The notes beneath the pieces are model-generated. The model was not told the DNA's origin and did no database searches. It saw only the letters and a list, made by a program, of their open reading frames with translations. Positions 19,813 to 27,739 of a stretch of DNA of 64,000 nucleotides are shown here, piece after piece. A program made the translations under genes and the position numbers. The DNA is taken from the NCBI GenBank assembly GCA_030599585.1, contig JAUVNS010000002.1, positions 96,001 to 160,000 of the forward strand, given 5' to 3'. This DNA comes from Promethearchaeota archaeon (GTDB taxonomy: Archaea; Asgardarchaeota; Lokiarchaeia; Sigyniarchaeales; SOKP01). Position 1 is the first letter of the stretch. Each line of letters begins with the position of its first letter.

Positions 19813-21342
19813 TTAGGTACCAGCTATTCTTTTTGGTAATCGAGTTTGTGCGCTGAGATTTTCGTGGAATAGCTTGTTAACCAAGTTAAATTTAACATCG
19901 TTGTATTGATCATCGTACCACAAGTTATTCAACTCATCTACGTCCTTTTTTCTGTCAAAAAGATCACCATAATCTCTATGACCTTCATATATCGTTAATT
20001 TAAATTCCTTTGTTATCAAATGTCTTAATCTCTCGTACAGAGGTCCAACTTCCTCATCATTTTCAATATAACAACAATCTCGTGGTTGGTCAACAGAATT
20101 CTCAGGGTCTTTTAAGACTGTTGACATATCAAAGCCTTGCATATCAGGTGGTTGTTTTCTTTTTGATATCCCTAAAAGGTTTAGGAGCGTCTTTGGGTAG
20201 TCTATAGAGCTCATTAAAGCATCTGTTACCCCCGGTTTTGTTATTCCCGGAACTCTCCAAATCATAGGAATACGAAACACACCCATATAAGCTGATGGAC
20301 CTTTAAAGAGCATTCCATGCTCACCCATTAAATCGCCGTGGTCACTGTTATATACGACGATTGTGTTGTCAGCATACCCTAATTTTTCTAAAGACGCTAA
20401 AATTTGCCCAATACTGGCGTCAAGTAACGCCACAGTACCGTATGTATAAGCTATGAATTTTCTAAGCTCTTCTTCATTTGTCTCTCTTAACATCGCCCCC
20501 GGCATAACATTAATATACGGCGCTAGATAGGGGTGGTTTCTCAAATTCTCGAGATCCTTGAAACTTTTTGGCAATTCAACATCTTCAGGTTTATACATAT
20601 TCCTATATTTTCCCGGGGGATAAACGGACTGATGAGGGTCGGGAAATGAACAATGTACATAGAATGGTTTATTCCCATAATCTCCATTGGCGTGCCTTTC
20701 CAAAAAAGCGATAGTACGTTCAGTTACATAAGCACTCGAATATAAATCGACTGGTAATTCGTGTTCAGTAAACACAGAAAAGAAATTGTCAATATTTTTC
20801 CATCTTTTCCGCATGTTCTCCGCTAATCTTGGAGATCTTTCCTCCAGCCAATCTAAATAATGGCCCGCCAAGCAAGCTCCATGCCCTATCACAGTTTCCA
20901 CTTCTTGGTACCCATAGTAAGGAATAGGAAAATTTTCTCGTACGGGATACCACCCTTCTTTTTGGAAAACCCAATCGTAAAAAGACTCTGCAGATTTATC
21001 GCCGATTCTATACGGAGCAGTGTTAAATTGATGATGCAACTTTCCAAAAACTGCTGTGTGCCACCCTCTATCAACTAGCGTTTGAGTAATTGTTGGGACA
21101 TCTTGAGAAAGAATCATACCGTTGCTTCTAACACCATGTACATTAGGGTAATATCCCGTTAACAGTGTTGCTCTGTTTGGCATACACATCGGGTTTGTAC
21201 AAAATGCGTTCGTAAATCGAACCCCTTCGCTTGCTAATCTATCTAAGTTCGGAGTTTTTAACATGTTATTTCCAGAACAACTCATGTGGTCATATCTATG
21301 CTGGTCGCTAATGATAAATAAAACATTCATTTTTTCTTTCAT
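19813..21342 (-). CDS. Formylglycine-dependent sulfatase
   Basis: ISDQHR, CMPNRATLLTG (CxPxR), GKLH, FPDPH and SDHGD. Confidence 0.92.
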   Translation of the reverse strand: MKEKMNVLFIISDQHRYDHMSCSGNNMLKTPNLDRLASEGVRFTNAFCTNPMCMPNRATLLTGYYPNVHGVRSNGMILSQDVPTITQTLVDRGWHTAVFGKLHHQFNTAPYRIGDKSAESFYDWVFQKEGWYPVRENFPIPYYGYQEVETVIGHGACLAGHYLDWLEERSPRLAENMRKRWKNIDNFFSVFTEHELPVDLYSSAYVTERTIAFLERHANGDYGNKPFYVHCSFPDPHQSVYPPGKYRNMYKPEDVELPKSFKDLENLRNHPYLAPYINVMPGAMLRETNEEELRKFIAYTYGTVALLDASIGQILASLEKLGYADNTIVVYNSDHGDLMGEHGMLFKGPSAYMGVFRIPMIWRVPGITKPGVTDALMSSIDYPKTLLNLLGISKRKQPPDMQGFDMSTVLKDPENSVDQPRDCCYIENDEEVGPLYERLRHLITKEFKLTIYEGHRDYGDLFDRKKDVDELNNLWYDDQYNDVKFNLVNKLFHENLSAQTRLPKRIAGT

Positions 21343-21423
21343 TTTACACCTAAATAAGATTTAAACTAAAGACAATATAAATCTATATCTACTTCTTTCA
21401 AAGTGTTTAGACGTTTGACAAAT

Positions 21424-22347
21424 TTAAGTGATAAAGTAAAAAACCAGCGCCAAGGCTCCTAATACGAAAATTACAATTCCAACAGCCTGTCCCATAGTTT
21501 TAGCAGATAATTTTTGGATATATGTAGAGGCTATTATGCCAGATATAATTGAACCGATTGCTAGATAAAATGAAAGTTCGAAATTAAAAAAAAACCGTCC
21601 TTTAATTGTAATACCAAAAATTTGATAAAATGAGAAAGTACATAAACCAATTATCATGCTAAGAATTAGAGCTGTACCAACTCCTTTTTTAAGAGGGTAT
21701 CCATAAATTATAACGAGTGCTAACACAAAAACTAATCCAGAACTTGCTCCAAATAATCCTGAATTGATGCCAACAAAAATACCAAACCCAATCGCTAAAA
21801 TATAGTACATTCGTGAGCCACGGGATATAAATCCTTTAATAGCATCTGTTTCAGATGTTAACTGCTTGTCAATCTTTTTATTTAATTCGGTTAGTTCTTC
21901 TTCGCTTTTTCCTCTTTTTGTGGTTTTATGTGCCCAATTCTGAGCCATTTTTTTAACTGATTCGTAAGTAGGAAAACCCCTCTTTAGAAAGAGAACCCCT
22001 AAGAACATAATGAAAATTGGGATAAACCACCCGTAAATGGAACCTAGAGGGGTTGTCATTAGAATAAAAACTCCGAAAAAGGTGGTAACTATGCCAATAA
22101 TGATTATTAAAAAGATATCTAATCTTATTTTAAATTGTTTTTTCCTAAGATATCCTATTGATACAGTGGCAGATGTAATCAAGTCATTTAACAGATTTAT
22201 TGCAATAGCTAAAAAAACATCTCCAGTGAATAATAGAACAATAGGAAGTACAATACCTAAACCAGTTTGACCAATAAAGCTTACGCTTATTCCTACGAGT
22301 GCACCTATAGAGATTAAAATTGCGATTTGATAAATTTCCAGAGCCAT
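21424..22347 (-). CDS. TauE/SafE family (sulfite exporter-like) membrane protein
   Basis: About 8 TM segments with duplicated Gly-rich G..SG.FG...G motifs and KKGVGTAL. Sits between two sulfatases. Confidence 0.75.
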   Translation of the reverse strand: MALEIYQIAILISIGALVGISVSFIGQTGLGIVLPIVLLFTGDVFLAIAINLLNDLITSATVSIGYLRKKQFKIRLDIFLIIIIGIVTTFFGVFILMTTPLGSIYGWFIPIFIMFLGVLFLKRGFPTYESVKKMAQNWAHKTTKRGKSEEELTELNKKIDKQLTSETDAIKGFISRGSRMYYILAIGFGIFVGINSGLFGASSGLVFVLALVIIYGYPLKKGVGTALILSMIIGLCTFSFYQIFGITIKGRFFFNFELSFYLAIGSIISGIIASTYIQKLSAKTMGQAVGIVIFVLGALALVFYFIT

Positions 22348-22392
22348 TATTTATTCACACTTGAGTTCCTTTTTATATATAATCTATTTTTT

Positions 22393-23916
22393 TTAAGTCG
22401 CAGCAACTCTCTTAGGAAATTTAGATTGCGCCTTAAGATTTTCCTGTAATAATTTATTTACCAACTTAAATCTTTTATCTCGAAAATCTTTTTTATCCCA
22501 TAAATTATTTAATTCGTGAGGGTCGGTTTTACGATCGTAAATATCGCCAAAATTATCTAGTCCTTCGTAAACAGTTAATTTGTAATCTTCAGTAACTAAA
22601 TGTCTTATCCGGGCCTCAAGAGGACCGACTTCTTCGTCGTTCTCAATTAAAACACAATCGCGTATTTTCTTTGTTGGATTTTCTAAGACTTGAGACATAT
22701 CAAAACCTTGCATATAAGGTGGGTGGTGTCGCTCTTTTACATTTAAAAGGTTAAGAATCGTTTTAGGAAGATCGATAGTACTAACTAAAGATTGAGACAC
22801 TCCGGACTTTGTTAGTCCTGGTACTTTCCAAATTAAAGGGATGTGACACGGTCCGACGAAAGGACATGGTCCTTTGAATAATAGCCCATGATCGCCCATT
22901 AAATCGCCGTGATCACTGGTAAAAATCACCATTGTATTATCTGAATACCCTAAATTTTCTAATGAGGCTAGTATTTTACCTACGCTATAATCTACGTACG
23001 ATATTGCAGCGTAAGTTAAAGCGGTAATTTTGCGAACCTCTTCTTCTGTTGATTCTCGTAAAAACGCTTTTTTAAAGGGCGGATTTTTTAAATGATATCC
23101 TAAATATTTATGGTGATATAAATTCTTTGCATCTTGAAAACTTGCGGGGAGTTCTATATCTTCGGGTTTATACGCGTCTTGAAATCTCTTTGGGGGATAT
23201 AGAGGATAATGTGGATCTGGAAAAGAACAATGCAAATAAAAAGGTTTTTCTCCATATTCACCCTTGGCATGTCTTTCGAGGAAAGCAATTGTTCGTTCTT
23301 GAACATAGGTAGTATTGTATAATTCTTCTGGTATTCCATCGCAATATAAACTGAAAAGGTTGTCGTAATTCTGAACTCTTTTTTTCATTTCATCTGCAAT
23401 TTTAGGGGCTCTTTCTTCCAACCACTCTGTATAATGACCAGCGCACACAGTACCATTTCCTGAAATCATTTCCACTTCGTCGTAACCATAATAGGGGAGG
23501 GGGAAATTCTTTCCTACAGGATCGTTTTTACCTTTATCTACCGCCCAACTAAATAAACTCTCAGCAGACTTAGTTTTCTGCTTAAACGGACCTAGCCAAA
23601 ATTGATGGTGTATTTTTCCAATAGCCGCAGTATGCCAACCTCTTTTTTGAAGCGTTTTTGTAATGGTAGGAGTATCTTCTGATAAATTAATTCCGTTGCT
23701 TCTAACGCCATGCACATTGGGATATAATCCAGTGAGTAGTGTTGCTCTGTTAGGCATGCAAATTGGATTAGTACAATAATAATTAGTGAATCTCACGCCT
23801 TCACTTGCCAACCTATCGAGGTTTGGAGTTTTTAGAATAGGGTTTCCTGCACAGCCTAAATGATCGGCCCGTTGAGCGTCAGTAATAATAAATATTACAT
23901 TCATTTTTTCTTTCAT
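22393..23916 (-). CDS. Formylglycine-dependent sulfatase (paralog of 19813-21342)
   Basis: ITDAQR, CMPNRATLLTG, GKIH, FPDPH and SDHGD. Confidence 0.92.
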   Translation of the reverse strand: MKEKMNVIFIITDAQRADHLGCAGNPILKTPNLDRLASEGVRFTNYYCTNPICMPNRATLLTGLYPNVHGVRSNGINLSEDTPTITKTLQKRGWHTAAIGKIHHQFWLGPFKQKTKSAESLFSWAVDKGKNDPVGKNFPLPYYGYDEVEMISGNGTVCAGHYTEWLEERAPKIADEMKKRVQNYDNLFSLYCDGIPEELYNTTYVQERTIAFLERHAKGEYGEKPFYLHCSFPDPHYPLYPPKRFQDAYKPEDIELPASFQDAKNLYHHKYLGYHLKNPPFKKAFLRESTEEEVRKITALTYAAISYVDYSVGKILASLENLGYSDNTMVIFTSDHGDLMGDHGLLFKGPCPFVGPCHIPLIWKVPGLTKSGVSQSLVSTIDLPKTILNLLNVKERHHPPYMQGFDMSQVLENPTKKIRDCVLIENDEEVGPLEARIRHLVTEDYKLTVYEGLDNFGDIYDRKTDPHELNNLWDKKDFRDKRFKLVNKLLQENLKAQSKFPKRVAAT

Positions 23917-24036
23917 AATTATAAAAAATCTATTCTTGCTTGTTGGTTAAAATTAAAGTCTATTCTATTATTTCATTTTTGATGTTAGAAAATATAAAGT
24001 TTCACGTAGATATTAATACTCCCACCTATTACTTTT

Positions 24037-24051
24037 GGCAAGTTTTATAAG
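24037..24051 (+). promoter_or_regulatory. Putative BRE/TATA promoter of the leu leader transcript
   Basis: GGCAAGTTTTATAAG (purine-rich element then TTTATAA) about 50 nt upstream of the leader ATG. Confidence 0.45.
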
Positions 24052-24100
24052 TGTCCTATAATTCACCTTTTAATAATAATTTTATAGGGATTAAAAAGTA

Positions 24101-24202
24101 ATGCTGATTCAAAAAACGACTAGAATTGAATCTAGGAATTCATTTGCGCAATTTTATCCCTTTTTATTGTTACTGTTAAATCTTCTCTTATTATTACTAT
24201 AA
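24101..24202 (+). CDS. Leucine-rich leader peptide (uORF) of the leu operon, 33 aa
   Basis: MLIQKTTRIESRNSFAQFYPFLLLLLNLLLLLL*. Eleven of the last 12 codons are Leu (TTA, TTG, CTG, CTT, CTC, CTA). AGGGA lies 10 nt upstream. The stop is 91 nt before the leuA ATG. Confidence 0.8.
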   Translation: MLIQKTTRIESRNSFAQFYPFLLLLLNLLLLLL

Positions 24203-24256
24203 TTACCCCTCTCTTCCATTAAAAGGAAGGAGATTTATATCTCTTTGGGGGGTTTT
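24178..24256 (+). promoter_or_regulatory. Putative attenuator RNA element with alternative pairings
   Basis: Outer stem ACCCCTC 24205-24211 / GGGGGGT 24247-24253 encloses hairpins CTTCC/GGAAG and GAGAT/ATCTC, followed by a short U tract. Alternative pairing: AAATCTTCT 24178-24186 with AGGAGATTT 24228-24236. Confidence 0.6.
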
Positions 24257-24293
24257 GTATAAAACTTAATAAATTAAATAGGTGCAAAGAAAA

Positions 24294-25913
24294 ATGGAAA
24301 AAAACAACAATGTAAGTGTTTCGCAAATAATGGAGGAAATTCGAGACTCACTTAGTCTTCCAGATAAAGCATATTTTTTCGACACAACACTCCGTGATGG
24401 TGAACAAACCCCCGGAATAAGTTTTACTCTCAAAGAAAAAATATCTATAGCGCAAACATTAAATGACATGAAAATTGATGTAATTGAAGCGGGATTTCCA
24501 GTTACTTCTAAAGGTGATTTTGATGCGTGTAGGTCAATATCTAAATTAGGTTTAGACTCTGAAGTAATGGGATTAGCGAGGATGGCAAAACTTGATATAG
24601 ATAAAGTTATTGAAGCAGATATGGATAGCATTCACCTTTTTATTGCTACTTCAGACCTACATCTTAAATCCAAACTTCAAATGAGCCGCGATGAAGTAAT
24701 AGAGCAAATTAATAAATATATTTCTTATGCCAAAGAGCATTACTCGACAATATTATTCTCAGCTGAAGATGCAACTCGTTCCGATTTGGATTTCTTAATT
24801 AAAGCAAATTTAATTGCAATTGAGAGTGGAGCAACGAGAATTAACATTCCTGATACTGTAGGTACCATCTCACCAAAAGCGTTCGGATATATGGTAAATA
24901 ATGTATACAAGGCAATTCCAAGTGACATTAGAATAGCAGTACACTGTCATAACGATTTTGGACTCGCCGTTGCGAACACTATAGCAGGATTCGAAAATGG
25001 AGCCTCGGAAGCACAAACTACAATTATGGGCTTAGGGGAACGAGCTGGCAATGCTTCTTTTGAAGAAACAGCAATGTCACTTTATGCTCTGTATCAATTA
25101 CCAATGAATATCATTACGCAAAAGATCTTTCCCACTGCGAAACTTATCGAAAGTTATTGTGGGGGTAAGGTAAAGATAGGACGCCTCCAGCCTTTGATAG
25201 GACAAAACGCTTTTTCTCACGAAGCGGGTATTCACGCTCACGCTATGATTAAAAACGCTCGAACTTATGAACCTATCACGCCTCAGTTAATTGGAATAAG
25301 TAGATCTGACAGTGTAGTGGATATTCTTAAACATTCAATTAAATTTGGAAAACATAGTGGTGGACATGCGTTAAAAGCAAAATTAGGAGATCTTGGAATT
25401 AAGACGAATGATAAAGAATTCATTAAGATAATGAATCACATTAAAGATTTTGGAGACAAAGGACATGAAGTTTCTGAAGAAGATTTTTTAGCAATTGTTA
25501 AGGATGTTATGGGAGAAATACCCGAAGAAGAACAATATGTAATTCTTGAAGAATTAACAGTTTTGACGGGTTCTATAACCCCTACCTCAACTGTGCGTTT
25601 AAAAATTAGAAATGGAGACTTCATAGAAAAAATCGCTTCTTCAGTAGGAGTTGGTGCAGTAGATGCGTCAGTCAATGCTATTGTTAAATGTTTTAAACCA
25701 ATGAGTAATATTAAGTTATTGAACTTCCAAATTGATGCGATTACTGGAGGAACTGAAGCCTTAGCTCATGTGACCATCGAAATTTTAGACATTGAAAGTA
25801 AAATTATAGTTAAAACAAGTGCTACTCATGAAGATATTGTGATGTGCTCGGTTTTAGCTCTTGTAAAAGGTTTGAATCTTATAGTTAAGAAAAAAAGTGC
25901 TGAAATGGAATAA
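24294..25913 (+). CDS. leuA: 2-isopropylmalate synthase (LeuA/CimA family, with C-terminal regulatory domain)
   Basis: DTTLRDGEQTPG, HCHNDFG, GERAGN, HEAGIH and C-terminal G.GAVDA...AITGGTEA. ATG at 24294 has AGGTG 9 nt upstream. Confidence 0.88.
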   Translation: MEKNNNVSVSQIMEEIRDSLSLPDKAYFFDTTLRDGEQTPGISFTLKEKISIAQTLNDMKIDVIEAGFPVTSKGDFDACRSISKLGLDSEVMGLARMAKLDIDKVIEADMDSIHLFIATSDLHLKSKLQMSRDEVIEQINKYISYAKEHYSTILFSAEDATRSDLDFLIKANLIAIESGATRINIPDTVGTISPKAFGYMVNNVYKAIPSDIRIAVHCHNDFGLAVANTIAGFENGASEAQTTIMGLGERAGNASFEETAMSLYALYQLPMNIITQKIFPTAKLIESYCGGKVKIGRLQPLIGQNAFSHEAGIHAHAMIKNARTYEPITPQLIGISRSDSVVDILKHSIKFGKHSGGHALKAKLGDLGIKTNDKEFIKIMNHIKDFGDKGHEVSEEDFLAIVKDVMGEIPEEEQYVILEELTVLTGSITPTSTVRLKIRNGDFIEKIASSVGVGAVDASVNAIVKCFKPMSNIKLLNFQIDAITGGTEALAHVTIEILDIESKIIVKTSATHEDIVMCSVLALVKGLNLIVKKKSAEME

Positions 25914-25945
25914 ATACTTATATATAAAAGTGAATGAAGTAAATT

Positions 25946-27220
25946 ATGGGTTTAACAATTACCGAGAAAATTCTTAGAGATCATTGTCAGAATAAAAAAG
26001 CTGTTGCTGGTGATTTTATTATGGCCGAAATCGATAAATGTTTGGCCAACGATATTACTGCTACCATGGCCATAGAAGCATTTGAAAAAGTGGTAGAAGC
26101 TTCTAAAGCTGAAGTTTTTGACTCTTCTAAAATCATTTTGGTCCCTGACCATTTTACTCCAAATAAAGACGTGGCTTCTGCTACTCAGTGTAAAATCCTT
26201 AGAGATTTTGCTACCAACCATAATATTACTAACTATTTTGAGGTCGGAAGAGGAGGCATTGAGCATTGTCTTGTGCCAGAGCAAGGATTGGTGAAACCAG
26301 GAGAAGTTTTTATAGGGGCTGATTCACATACATGCACTTACGGCGCACTCGGGGCGTTTGCTACAGGTGTTGGATCTACAGATTTAGGGGTTGCAATGGC
26401 ATTAGGAAAATGTTGGCTTAAAATCCCCGAATCTATTAAGTTCATTTATTCTGGTAGATTAAATGAATGGGTTTCAGGAAAAGATTTGATACTGTATACA
26501 CTCGGAAAAATTGGCGTAGATGGAGCTACATACAAAGCTATGGAATTTATAGGTGATACGATAAAAAGTTTACCTATGGCAGATCGGTTTACTATGTGTA
26601 ATATGGCTATAGAAGCTGGCGGAAAAAATGGAATTATTGAACCCGATAAGATCACCACATCGTATTTAGATGCTCTTAAAATATCGAAGGATGGTTTCTA
26701 TAATAGTGATAAAGATGCTGAATATTGTGATGTTATAGATATTGAATGTGCTAATATAGAACCACAGGTTGCACTTCCTCATTTACCTGACAATGTGAAA
26801 TCCATTTCAGAAGTTCATAGTATGAAAATAGAATTAGATCAAGTAGTTATAGGATCGTGTACAAATGGTCGGCTTGCCGATCTAAGAAATGTAGCGAAAA
26901 TTCTTAAAAATCGAAAAATCGATAAAAAGCTAAGATGTATAATAATACCAGGAACGCAAAAGATATATCTAAAAGCGATGGAAAGAGGATATATTGAAAG
27001 TTTTATTAATGCCGGCGCAATTGTCTCAACCCCTACTTGCGGACCTTGTTTAGGTGGTCACATGGGCGTCTTAGCGGAAGGAGAGAAAGCTTTGTCAACA
27101 ACAAATAGAAACTTCCAAGGGAGAATGGGACACGTTAATAGTGAGGTTTTTTTATCCAACCCCGTAGTTGCAGCTGCTTCAGCGATAAAAGGGTATATAA
27201 CCTCCCCAGAATATTTATGA
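25946..27220 (+). CDS. leuC: 3-isopropylmalate dehydratase large subunit
   Basis: DSHTCTYGA, GSCTNGR, CGPCLGGHMG and STTNRNF.GRMG. Confidence 0.93.
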   Translation: MGLTITEKILRDHCQNKKAVAGDFIMAEIDKCLANDITATMAIEAFEKVVEASKAEVFDSSKIILVPDHFTPNKDVASATQCKILRDFATNHNITNYFEVGRGGIEHCLVPEQGLVKPGEVFIGADSHTCTYGALGAFATGVGSTDLGVAMALGKCWLKIPESIKFIYSGRLNEWVSGKDLILYTLGKIGVDGATYKAMEFIGDTIKSLPMADRFTMCNMAIEAGGKNGIIEPDKITTSYLDALKISKDGFYNSDKDAEYCDVIDIECANIEPQVALPHLPDNVKSISEVHSMKIELDQVVIGSCTNGRLADLRNVAKILKNRKIDKKLRCIIIPGTQKIYLKAMERGYIESFINAGAIVSTPTCGPCLGGHMGVLAEGEKALSTTNRNFQGRMGHVNSEVFLSNPVVAAASAIKGYITSPEYL

Positions 27221-27240
27221 AAAGAAAGATGAGACTCTAA

Positions 27241-27732
27241 ATGATTGGAAAAGCAATTAAATATAACCTAAAAAATATTAACACTGATCTAATAATTCCC
27301 GCTAGATATTTACTTAATTCAGATGAAAATTATTTAGCTCAGCACTGTATGGAGGATTTAGATCGCGATTTCGTTAAAAAAGTTAAAAAAGAAAATTATC
27401 AAATCTTGGTCGCTGATTCTAATTTTGGATGTGGTTCAAGTAGAGAACAGGCACCGACTGCGATTAAAGCTTCAGGAATTACATGTATCATCGCACCTTC
27501 TTTTGCAAGGATTTTTTTCAGAAATGCTATCAATATTGGCTTACCAATATTAGAATTTCCCGATATTGGCAACATAAAAACAGGTGATATTTTAAATATC
27601 CAATTTGAAAAGGGATTAATTAAGAATACATCTACTGCTGAAGAATTTCAAATCAAAAAGCAACCCAGCTTTTTACAACAAATAATTTCCGCTGGGGGTC
27701 TGATTAATTTTGCTCGAAAGCAAATAGAGTAA
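27241..27732 (+). CDS. leuD: 3-isopropylmalate dehydratase small subunit
   Basis: NINTDLIIPARYL, NFGCGSSREQA and SFARIFFRNAINIGLP. Confidence 0.93.
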   Translation: MIGKAIKYNLKNINTDLIIPARYLLNSDENYLAQHCMEDLDRDFVKKVKKENYQILVADSNFGCGSSREQAPTAIKASGITCIIAPSFARIFFRNAINIGLPILEFPDIGNIKTGDILNIQFEKGLIKNTSTAEEFQIKKQPSFLQQIISAGGLINFARKQIE

Positions 27733-27739
27733 TATATAT

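Noticed and set aside
24164-24199. The Leu run as a simple (TTA)n microsatellite or a TM-peptide toxin
   Set aside because: It uses all six Leu codons, sits in frame behind an ATG with an SD, ends exactly at a stop, and lies directly upstream of leuA. A regulatory leader explains this better, though a small membrane peptide cannot be fully excluded.
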